From contig NIVC01000816.1 in the NCBI GenBank assembly GCA_002269645.1, positions 1 through 64,000 on the forward strand: 64,000 nt of DNA, in the 5' to 3' direction. The position numbers and the translations under genes were made by a program. Positions 1-18,120 of this stretch are shown in pieces. This stretch comes from Macrostomum lignano (lineage: Eukaryota). The notes below the pieces were generated by a model that saw only the letters and a list, made by a program, of their open reading frames with translations, had not been told where the DNA came from and did no database searches. Every line of letters begins with the position of its first letter. The first letter of the stretch is position 1.

Positions 1-1165
1 ACAGGAAGACACAAAGACAGGAAGAGACTCAAAACAGGAAGAGACTCAAAGACAGAAGAGACTCAAAGACAGGAAGAGACTCAAAGGACAGGAAGACACA
101 AAGGACAGGAAGAGACTCAAAGGACAGGAAGAGACTCAAAAGACAGGAAGAGACTCAAAGAGACAGGAAGACACAAAGGACAGGAAGAGACTCAAAGACA
201 GGAAGAACAAAGGACAGGAAGAGACTCAAAAGACAGGAAGAGACTCAAAGGACAGGAAGACACAAAGGACAGGAAGAGACAAAGGACAGGAAGACACAAA
301 GGACAGGAAGAGACTCAAAGGACAGGAAGATCAAAGGACAGGAAGACTCAAAGGACAGGAAGAGACTCAAAGGACAGGAAGACACAAAGGACAGGAAGAG
401 ACTCAAAGGACAGGAAGAGACTCAAAGGACAGGAAGAGACTCAAAAGACAGGAAGAGACTCAAAGGACAGGAAGACACAAAGGACAGGAAGAGACTCAAA
501 GGACAGGAAGAGACTCAAAGGAGACAGGAAAGACACAAAAGGACAGGAAGAGACTCAAAGGACAGGAAGAGTCAAAGGACAGGAAGAGACTCAAAGGACA
601 GGAAGAGACTCAAAGGACAGGAAGACACAAAGGACAGGAAGAGACTCAAAACAGGAAGAGACTCAAAGGACAGGAAGAGACCAAAAGGACAGGAAGAGAC
701 TCAAAGGACAGGAAGACTCAAAGGACAGGAAGAGACGCAAAGGACAGGAAGAGACTCAAAAGACAGGAAGAGACTCAAAAGGACAGGAAGACACAAAGGA
801 CAGGAAGAGACGCAAAGGACAGGAAGACAAAAGACAGGAAGAGACTCAAAGGACAGGAAGAGACTCAAAGACAGGAAGAGACTCAAAGGACAGGAAGATC
901 AAAGGACAGGAAGACACAAAGGACAGGAAGAGACTCAAAGGACAGGAAGAGACTCAAAGGACAGGAAGACTCAAAAAAGACTCAAAGGACAGGAAACCAA
1001 AGGACAGGAAGAGACTCAAAGACAGGAAGAGACTCAAAGAGACAGGAGAGACTCAAAGGACAGGAAGGAGAGACCTCAAGGACAGGAAGACACAAAGGAC
1101 AGGAAGAGACTCAAAGGACAGGAAGAGACCAAAGGCAGGAAGAGACTCAAAGGACAGGAAGACAA
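1..1165. repeat. ~19-bp minisatellite (CAAAGGACAGGAAGAGACT)n with many indel variants
   Basis: Directly visible tandem array; the ORFs 701..886 and 1076..1258 are translations of it. Confidence 0.95.
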
Positions 1166-1914
1166 AGCACAGCTAAGCAAACAGACAATCAAATAAACAA
1201 AAGCGAAGGTCTGATCTATCGCATAATTCAGCCAGTCGAACAGAGCTCGAGCCAACACATGTAATTAATAGATAATTAATCAGCTTTAAGCAGTCACTTA
1301 GCAAGGGGGTCTGTCATCAGTGCGAAGTTTCTAACGCAGCAGATCGAGCCAAGAATTGTACACAGGGACAGAATAAAGAAAATTATGGGGGGGCTGATAG
1401 ATTCACTAATTTTATAAAGCTTAAGGTAATTTATTAAAAATATGAAAAAAGCAAAATACAAACTGATGGACAGGGAGACTGGGCCGACGCTGGAGATGAC
1501 AAACACACACTGATTGACAACTTGATTCGTAAAAAACGACTGAAACAAACATCCGGCATTAGCCATGACAAAACTGACTCCAGCCTCGCGCGGCTGTCAC
1601 GGACCAAACAGAAAGCTGGGGCATCGGACGAAGCGGAAAAATCTATCGGACAAAAACAGGTTTTTCTGCAGGGCGGAAACTCGCGGATCGCTGAACTCTG
1701 AACTATTTTTGTAGCAACACAGCTGCAAGACAAAGCCGACTGCTGGCCTGGGTTCCGGGGACAGGCCACCGACCCCACTCCACTTCATCTGCCCTGGCAG
1801 CCCTGAACCTTGATCGCAAACAATGACTGGCTATTGAGTCGGTCGAGAAGCCTGTTATTCGATTGACTGAACACTGGCACGTAAACAGCGCTTGTTTTCA
1901 GTGAGTGAATGGAT

Positions 1915-2375
1915 ATGAGACAGACAGACAGACAACAGACAGACGACAGACAACAGACAGACAGACAAACAGGCAGTCATAAACACTAAGACGGACACAC
2001 AGTCAGACAGTCAGAAAACAGGGAGACAGACAGAAGACAGACAGGCAGACAGACAGACAGACAGAAAGACAGACAGACACACACAGACAGACAGGCAGAC
2101 AGACAGACAGACAGACACACACACACAGACAGACAGACAGACACACACACACAGACAGACAGACAGACGCCAGACACACAGACAGACAGACAGACAGACA
2201 CACAGACAGACACACACACACAGACAGACAGACAGACAGACAGACACACACAGACAGACAGGCAGACAGACACACACAGACAGACAGGCAGACAGACACA
2301 CACAGACAGACAGGCAGACAGACAGACAGACAGACAGACACACACAGACAGACAGGCAGACAGACAGACAGACAC

Positions 2376-2414
<39 letters not shown>

Positions 2415-2545
2415 CAGACAGACAGACACACACAGACAGACAGGCAGACAGACAGACAGACAGACAGACAACACAGACAGACAGGCAGACAGACAGACAG
2501 ACAGGCAGACAGACAGACAGACAGACAGACAGACACACAGGCACA
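1915..2545. repeat. (GACA)n/(CA)n compound microsatellite
   Basis: Directly visible. Confidence 0.95.
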
Positions 2546-2736
2546 TCTATATGGAGACAGCTAGACAGTTAGAATTGAAACAGCTCAGCACGCGAGCCGC
2601 ACCCTCAGTGCAGCAGTTAAGTTCTGTCATATTCAACTGACTGCATATTATTATGGTCAGTAATAAAAACTAATACTAATATTACAGGGTGCGCAGTTAA
2701 GAATAAATAAAAGCAAGCCCCTCCCCGCAAAGCAGC

Positions 2737-9730
<6,994 letters not shown>

Positions 9731-9996
9731 GGCGCGGCTGCCGCCCTGGTCGGATAGCTGATCAATGGAACTGAGTGATGGCAAGAGGACTGACCAAGCA
9801 GCTGGGCGGCGCCGGCGGCTGAAAGAGATCGGGAGTTGGTGAAATTATTTGAAAGAACATCGCGCTCATTGACCGCTGCCTCATGTCACCCCCATGCCAG
9901 AAACTGACTCAAGAAGGCAGCGCTGGGAGCCCCCGCACGACACCCAAGCAACTTTCTTATTTACCTATTTCAGCTCTAGATATAGCTCGTACTGAA

Positions 9997-10250
9997 GGGT
10001 TGTAGCCTAGTGGTTAGACTTGAAGGTCCGGGGTTCGATTCCAGTCCCACAATTCGTGTCCTTAAGCAAGACACTTAACTCTGCATTGCTTTGGTTTACC
10101 CAGCTGTAAAATGGGTGCCAGCATTGGGCTGGCGTAATTGAGGGTGTGTGGCGACCCCCCTCCTGTCCCTGGACTGAACAGCCGTATGCAGCCTTCAGGT
10201 GCACATCTGCCAATCAAGTAATCAATTATTGTTATTGATTGTTGATTGGG
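9997..10250 (+). mobile_element. tRNA-derived SINE with a CORE/MIR-like body
   Basis: A-box TAGCCTAGTGG and B-box GGTTCGATTCC. Then GTGTCCTTAAGCAAGACACTTAAC...CTGTAAAATGGG, which resembles the CORE domain of MIR-type SINEs. AT-rich simple tail. Confidence 0.75.
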
Positions 10251-11039
10251 TGTAATAAACAATTAACAACCGTGATTGACTGCTGCTATTAAACAGACCG
10301 CTCCGGAGGATCCAGTGTCATTTCACCGTGTCTACGCTGGTGTCTGTCCGCCCGCGACAATTGCTTGGTTTCGCTAGTGAAAATGCTTGTAATTTTACTA
10401 CTGTTAATTCTTAGCAAAGATCAACACGGTTTGAATGATTAAATAGGTCAGCGAAACCCTACGGCTAACACAAGAGCAGAATTTATTAATAATTATAATT
10501 TTATAATGAAATTCTCAATATTATTATGCTTCAAAAACTATTCAAGAGTTTGCCACTGCACTAATATTCACCAAGGAAACTGAATAAGCAGAATCGAGAT
10601 AATATATGCAGTAGAGCTTAACTGAGAGCCGTAGCTCAACTCGATATCGGAGTAGCAGAAACAACAGCAAATATTTTAGTGACACTTTCGCACGCTTCTA
10701 CTAATTTAAGTAGTGCACAGCGAACAGAACAACAATAATTATAATAATGACAGATATAAATTTTCCGTGCCAGATAAGGAAATAATTTTTTAGTAACAAT
10801 AGCATAGGATGGATAGGAGAGTAGGGGCTCTCAAATCAATACCTACGATTGATAAAAGTTATGAAATAATCACATTTTAAATAATAAGATTACAGTATAC
10901 GGAATACACATCAATATGTTTCTAATAGGTATGGCAACGTTAGTGAATTTTGATAATCAGATGAAAAAACAATAATTGACTTTCCTTTTAACCAGTACGA
11001 CCTGCTGATACAGCTTACTGAGTAACTGCAGATGGACTG

Positions 11040-11405
<366 letters not shown>

Positions 11406-11473
11406 AGCCAGCCAGTCGCAAACAGTGAAAGTGAGTCCAAGTCCGCAATGCCGGGCCATAAGCTACTCAAGCC

Positions 11474-14066
11474 TCAGTTGCCCCCGTCCTGCACGTTAAC
11501 CTGGATGGTTTTGCCCTTGGGGTCGTCAAATCGGTCAGGCGTGGCCACACTGACCAGCATGAGGACGCCGTACATGAGGATCACGGTGATCACAAGCAGC
11601 ACCAAGAGGCTGAACCAGACCTCAACAGAGAAGAATCCGACGCAGTCGTTGACATTCTTGGAGAATTTGCCGTCGGCAGGGATGCCGAATGGCTGCAGCT
11701 GGAATTTGCCGAAGATCAGAGTCAGCGCCGCGGAGCCGTTGCTACCGGTGCCGCCGCTGGTGGACAGCCTGGTGTTGTTGGTGCAGTGGTAGCAGCTACC
11801 GTTGGGCGTGATGAAGCTGGCCAGACTCTCCTGCGTCAGGGCGGTCTCGGCCACGTTGGTGCAGTTGGCGGAGCTGCCGGACTTGCAGGAGAGCGAAGCG
11901 GTGCCGGAGGCGATGCTCCAGGGACTCGTTGAGCTCTTGGTGTCGCCGACGAAGTTCAGAGTGAGCTTCAGTGCAGCGAGAGGCGACTGCAGAGCCGAAT
12001 CGGGAAACGACAGGGCCAGGGTTCGATTCCCACCTGCGGCGTTGCACGTGCTGAGCTTGGTGTCGATGATGGAGGAGCCGTCGGCTACGGGGAGCACGGG
12101 CGGCAGCGTCTTCACCTTGCTGTTCTGGGTCAGCTGGACCTGCGGCGGGGTGAGAGTTTAGGGAGGGGCTCAGCGGCTGATCTCCTGGCACAGTCAGGGC
12201 AGCTTTTGGAGTCACGGTCCGACGCTATGAGGTTTACATGTGCGAGCGGTTTGTGTAGGCTATTGGGCGATTATCCTGAGGGGTTCAGGGCGACTATTCT
12301 GAGGGTTTAGGGCGATTATCCTGAGAGGTTTAGGGCGAGTATCCTGAGGGGTTTAGGGCGAGTATCCTGAGGGGTTTAGGGCGATTATCCTGAGGGGTTT
12401 AGGGCGATTAACCTGAGGGTTTAGTGCGATTATCCTGAGAGGTATAGGGCGATTATCTTTAGGGCGATTATCCTGAGGGTTTAGGGTGATTATCCGGAGG
12501 GGTTTAGGGCGATTATCCTGAGGGCTTTAGGGCGATTATCCTGAGGGCTTTAGGGCGATTATCCTGAGGGCTTTAGGGCGATTATCCTGAGGGCTTTAGG
12601 GCGATTATCCTGAGGGCTTTAGGGCGATTATCCTGAGGGTTTAGGGCGATTATCCTGAGGGCTTTAGGGCGATTATCCTGAGGGCTTTAGGGCGATTATC
12701 CTGAGGGGTTTAGGGCGATTATCCTGAGGGGTTTAGGGCGATTAACCTGAGGGTTTAGTGCGATTATCCTGAGAGGTATAGGGCGATTATCTTTAGGGCG
12801 ATTATCCTGAGGGGTTTAGGGTGATTATCCGGAGGGGTTTAGGGCGATTATCCTGAGGGCTTTAGGGCGATTATCCTGAGGGCTTTAGGGCGATTATCCT
12901 GAGGGGTTTAGGGCGATTATCTGGAGAGTTTAATGCGATTCTTTCGAGTTTTGAGGCGATTTATTCAAAGATTAAGAAGGGCGATTCTTCAGAGAGGCAA
13001 CTAGATAATTTTTATGGGAGGTTTAGGCGCAATTCCCGGCAGAGCTTATGGCGAATACCCAAGAATTTGTTTGAAAGATTCAGAATAACAAATCCAGACA
13101 CAGTTTCAGAAAACCAACCTGCAGGGAGGCGAAGTACAGCAGCACATCGCTGCTGCAGTTCACAAAGGTGCCATTGGAGCTGGGCGAAGCGGTCGGAGCC
13201 GCGAGCAGGTGGCGGCCAGCGGAGACGGCGGCCTCAGCAGAGGCGGCGGCATCGGCGGCGGCCGGAGCCGGATCCGACTCGTGGGTGGCGGTGAAGACGG
13301 CGACGAATGGCAGGCCGCGAGACTGGGAAAAAAAGCGGAAAAAACTTTTTTAATGCTGCATATACTACTAGTAGAGAGATAAATAAGCGAACTATAAATA
13401 AATATTTTAAAAGACTGCGTTTTAATCTATGTAAGTTTCAGAATTTTTTTGAAAATTGCTTTTCCCTAAAACAGCCAAAATACCGTCGTACCTAGTCAGT
13501 CAGTCAGTCAGTCAGTCAGATCATCAGCTCACCTGCAGCGCAGCGCACGCAGCGCCAAGCAGCCGATCAGCGGCGCCGGCGTCGGCGGCCCGAGCGAGCA
13601 CCAGCCGCGAGGCACCGCCAGCAGCAGTGGCAGCTTCGACCACTCGGTCGACCTCTTTGCCATCGTTGGCGACATCGATGGGGGCGCCGCCGCGCCAGTC
13701 GAGGCTTCGCAGCGCCGGCAGCAGCTTGTCGGCCTCTGCCACCAGCAGGTGCCGGCCGCCGAGCTTCTCCGACAAGCCGGCGACGCTGGCGAAGGGGCTG
13801 GCCGAGCCCTGGCCAGCCGAGTAGACGTCGCCGCCGGACCTGGCGAAGTCGGGCAGGGAGAGGCCCTCATCGACAGTGACGACCAGCAGCAGGCCGCCGG
13901 CGGAGCGGTGCAGGGCTTCGGCCAGCTGCTGAGAGTTCAGGCGAGCCGACGACAGGCTGGCGAGGGAGTCGACGGAGCCGCGGCTGCTGACCACAACGGC
14001 GGGCACCGAGGCGGAGGCGCAGGCCAGGGAGGCCAGAAAAGCCAATAGAGCGAGTTGATGCGGCAT
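11474..14066 (-). CDS. ATP6AP1: V-type proton ATPase accessory subunit S1 (Ac45), 467 aa, 3 exons
   Basis: Exons 14066-13533, 13322-13119 and 12139-11474 are all phase 0 and join in frame. Signal peptide, GRHLL processing-like site, and the C-terminal signature LQLQPF...FSKNVNDCVGFFS..W..L...TM...TPDRFDDPKGKTI. Confidence 0.92.
12265..12930. repeat. ~23-bp minisatellite (TTTAGGGCGATTATCCTGAGGGC)n, ATP6AP1 intron 2
   Basis: Directly visible. Confidence 0.95.
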
Positions 14067-14129
14067 GGCAGCTGGGTTGCATGGGGGACATCAGAATTGA
14101 ATTCGAGTTGGCAAAATTGCTACAAGACT

Positions 14130-14500
14130 ACATGGGGATCAAATGATAACCAAGACTATATTATGGATCAGGTGAGAACCAAGACTATATTGGGGATCAG
14201 GTGAGAACCAAGACTATATTAGGGATCAGGTGAGAACCAAGACTATATTGGGGATCAGGTGGGAACCAAGACTATATTGGGGATCAGGTGAGAACCAAGA
14301 CTATATTATGGATCAGGTGAGAACCAAGACTATATGAGGATCAGATCAGGTGAGAACCAAGACTATATTAGGGATCAGGTGAGAACCAAGACTATATGAG
14401 GATCAGATCAGGTGAGAACCAAGACTATATTAGGGATCAGGTGAGAACCAAGACTATATTGGGGATCAGGTGAGAACCAAGACTATATGAGGATAAAATT
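14130..14500. repeat. 29-bp minisatellite (GATCAGGTGAGAACCAAGACTATATTGGG)n between the MRPL30 stop and the ATP6AP1 start
   Basis: Directly visible. Confidence 0.95.
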
Positions 14501-14641
14501 AAAACCAATACTATAAGTGGATCGGGTAAACAAAGACTACGCTAATAGCAAAAAGACTACAAGAGCAGTTGGCCACGGAGTGCAGCATATTGTAAGAGAA
14601 CTAACATGTGCTAATCAGTAGGCAGGTATATTTGCAAGCAT

Positions 14642-17079
14642 TCAATAATTGCGCCAAGGAAACGCATTAAAATCGGCTTCAAAGTTCAGATTGGGCCGCT
14701 TAGTGCCGTCCGGGTTGGTCCGCCTGGACAGGCTCTGCTTCATGGCGGCGTCCCGGCGCCACAGGCCCGAGTAGCGGTAGGCGGAGCCGTCCTGCATGTG
14801 CTGGTAGCGGTGGTGCTGGGTGAAATACTCGCTAAACATCAGGCAGGCCTTCCAGCGGCGCTCGTGGTAGCGCGGCATCGAGTGGATTCGGCGCTTGGAG
14901 GCTTCCAGCTCGGCCTCGGCGTGCCGCTCCGGCTGGACCTCCACGGCGGAGCCGGCGAGACGGCGGCGCATGCGCAGCTCGCCGCACTCGTTTGTGTAGC
15001 AGTTGGACAGGTCCGCCTCGGTGGCCGGCAGCCCGTCTGGCATCGTCAGCGGCTGGATCTGCGGCGAGGGAGGGCGATTCTCTATGGATCTCTGTGCTCA
15101 GGGGCGATTCTACAGGGGTCTCTGTGCTCAGGGTGATTCTTTAGGGGTCTCTGTGCTCAGGGGCGATTCTTTAGGGGTCTCTGTGCTCAGGGCGATTCTT
15201 TAGGGGTCTCTGTGCTCAGGGGCGATTCTTTAGGGGTCTCTGTGCTCAGGGGCGATTCTTTATGGATCTCTGTGCTCAGGGGCGATTCTTTATGGGTCTC
15301 TGTGCTCAGGGTGATTCTTTAGGGGTCTCTGTGCTCAGGGGCGATTCTTTAGGGGTCTCTGTGCTCAGGGGCGATTCTTTAGGGGTCTCTGTGCTCAGGG
15401 TGATTCTTTATGGATCTCTGTGCTTAGGGGCGATTCTTTATGGATCTCTGTGCTCAGGGGCGATTCTTTAGGGGTCTCTGTGCTCAGGGGCGATTCCTTA
15501 TGGATCTCTGTGCTCAGGGGCGATTCTTTATGGATCTCTGTGTTTAGGGGCGATTCTTTATGGATCTCTGTGCTCAGGGGCGATTCTTTATGGATCTCTG
15601 TGCTCAGGGGCGATTCTTTAGGGGTCTCTGTGCTCAGGGGCGATTCTTTATGGATCTCTGTGCTCAGGGGCGATTCTTTATGGATCTCTGTGCTCAGGGG
15701 CGATTCTTTAGGGGTCTCTGTGCTCAGGGGCGATTCTTTAGGGGTCTCTGTGCTCAGAGGCGATTCTTTAGGGTCTCTGTGCTCAGGGGCGATTCTTTAT
15801 GGATCTCTGTGCTCAGGGGCGATTCTTTAGGGGTCTCTGTGCTCAGGGGCGATTCTTTAGGGGTCTCTGTGCTCAGGGGCGATTCTTTATGGATCTCTGT
15901 GCTCAGGGGCGATTCTTTATGGATCTCTGTGCTCAGGGGCGATTCTTTAGGGGTCTCTGTGCTCAGGAGCGATTCTTTATGGATCTCTGTGCTCAGGGGC
16001 GATTCTTTATGGGTCTCTGTGCTCAGGGTGATTCTTTATGGATCTCTGTGCTTAGGGGCGATTCTTTATGGATCTCTGTGCTCAGGGGCGATTCTTTAGG
16101 GGTCTCTGTGCTCAGGGGCGATTCCTTATGGATCTCTGTGCTCAGGGGCGATTCTTTATGGATCTCTGTGTTTAGGGGCGATTCTTTATGGATCTCTGTG
16201 CTCAGGGGCGATTCTTTATGGATCTCTGTGCTCAGGGACGATTCTTTAGGGGTCTCTGTGCTCAGGAGCGATTCTTTAGGGGTCTCTGTGCTCAGGGGCG
16301 ATTCTTTATGGATCTCTGTGCTCAGGGGCGATTCTTTAGGGGTCTTTGTGCTCAGGGGAGATTCTCTATGGATCTCTGTGCTCAGCGGCGATTCTCTATG
16401 GGCCTCTGTTTTTGTTGGATAGGACTCAGGTGCGATATTTTTATAGGCTTGGAACTGGGTAATGATTATTGACTTTGGATTGAGAGGCGATTCTGACAAA
16501 CGGCTCATACAAGAGAAGAAGCAATCAAATAAAAGCAGCAGTGCTATTTTGTCTCTAAGGATTCTAAGACTAAGATCCGACACAAAAGAAGCAAATAAAC
16601 GCCAAGCTTACCTGCAACAGGTGCTGCACTTTCCGCAGATCATCAGCCACACTGGGAATATTGGGCAGGGGCAGCCACTGCCGCATAGGGGTGTCCTTTT
16701 CCATGCCCAGCTTGTACAGCAGGCACTTTTCATAGTAGGTGCTGGCTTTCCAGGGCAGCAGGCGCCGGATCATGAGCACCTTGGTGGGCTCCGGCTGAGC
16801 AGCCGCCTGGCCAGACTGCTCCAGTTTCTGCTTCTGGGCGGCCTCAGCCGCGTGCAGATCGAACAGCCGCTTGGCCCAGGCCTGCGGCTGCAGGTGCTCA
16901 ACGCTGCCCGGCACCGGCTTGGACTCCCAGGTGCGGCCAACCTGGAGGACGCCGCTGGAGTGAAGGCAGCGACGGGAGACGACGCTGACGCCGCACAGGC
17001 GAATCGAAGTCAATGGGGACGGCATGCAGCAATAGGAGAGCAGGGCTTTATTAGCTACTGGTAGTAGCCACTCAGGCAT
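14642..17079 (-). CDS. MRPL30: Mitochondrial ribosomal protein L30 (uL30m) with a long C-terminal extension, 2 exons
   Basis: Exons 17079 (or 17025)-16612 and 15058-14642 are phase 0. The sequence YEKCLLYKLGMEK...LPNIPSVADDLRKVQHLLQ|IQPLTMPDGLP...SNCYTNECGEL matches the MRPL30 pattern [28 protein letters not shown]...TCLKSTGEL. Confidence 0.82.
15072..16405. repeat. 30-bp minisatellite (GGGGCGATTCTTTATGGATCTCTGTGCTCA)n filling the MRPL30 intron
   Basis: Directly visible; runs to within about 15 nt of the 3' splice site. Confidence 0.95.
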
Positions 17080-17840
17080 GGAAATACCTTTATTCGATTC
17101 AAAATCAGGTTCATCTAGATAAGTTGATGCAACTACTTTTCTAAGTAGTTTGTTTGCATAAAGAGCTTACTTTAAATACTTATACTTGGCCATGGGTACA
17201 TATGGGTATTGGCAACTGCTATATATAGCAATTTACATTACCAAAACTAGCTACCACATAGTAATACTATAATTTGCGAAATATTTTAATTATAATAATC
17301 ATATATCCTACTGTCAAAATTTTCTTTAGTTTAAATATAGGTTACTAATATAACTTATAAAAAATATAACCTAATAATAACTTATAATATATAATATTTC
17401 CTGATAATATTACCAATATTCTATCTACTAATCTTGCTATATATATAGGCCTAGACCTTTTCATTAAATACAGTATAAAGAAATTAGCCTTGAATAAGAT
17501 TATATAATTGTATAATTGTAATATTTATTAGCACTAGAATTCTAGAAATATTCTTAAAATCTAGGATTAGAGGCAAAAACCTAAAAAGCATTTTATAAGT
17601 AAGTATCATCTATATCATGAGCTTTTTCCACCTTTTTTATTTTAATAGACTTCTTTTTATTTAGAACTTGAGATTTGTCCTTGGATATTTGCTCTCATTT
17701 GCCTATAGACACTTAAATATTCAAAACTATACCAAACAGCATTCACAAAAAATTATATTTAGTGCAATAAAAGCCAAAATATATTTTTGTAAATAGTAGT
17801 ATACAATATAATTAACAATTATCTTATATACCAATATACT

Positions 17841-18120
17841 CATACATGCGCAACGTCCAAAATTCGGTTGGCCGTGCGACTTAGTTTTAACAAAAATGCG
17901 ACGTAGTTTTTGGCCAAAAATGCGACTTACATGTAAAAAAACCCTAAAGCAAAATTAACGCAACTTTGGGTAAACGGCGGGAGTAACTATGACTGTCTTA
18001 TCAGGCTACTTAGTACTACTGCGTGGGTATTTTTTGGGTGGGCATTTTTGCGACTTCCTTGGTTGGCTGCCAAATCAGTCGGCCGGATCGGCCGACTCGG
18101 CCGACTGTTGCGCATGTATG
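17841..18120. mobile_element. 280-bp hAT-type MITE
   Basis: 14-bp TIRs CATACATGCGCAAC / GTTGCGCATGTATG and an 8-bp direct repeat AATATACT at 17833-17840 and 18121-18128. Confidence 0.85.
17968..18000 (+). other. 33-nt 28S rRNA fragment (helix 69 region); not a gene
   Basis: GGGTAAACGGCGGGAGTAACTATGACTGTCTTA versus the conserved 28S GGGTAAACGGCGGGAGTAACTATGACTCTCTTA: one mismatch, compared from memory of the 28S consensus. Confidence 0.85.

Noticed and set aside
1986-2546. Long Cys/Leu/Ser/Val ORFs (also 10911-11470 and 62218-62966)
   Set aside because: Translations of (GACA)n and 20-bp repeats; no coding signal.
12265-12930. Interstitial telomere (TTTAGGG)
   Set aside because: A single TTTAGGG per 23-bp unit rather than tandem telomeric repeats; treated as a minisatellite.
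15262-16583. Repetitive ORFs in the MRPL30 intron
   Set aside because: Translations of the 30-bp repeat.
17968-18000. rRNA gene
   Set aside because: Only 33 nt match; the flanks are not rRNA.
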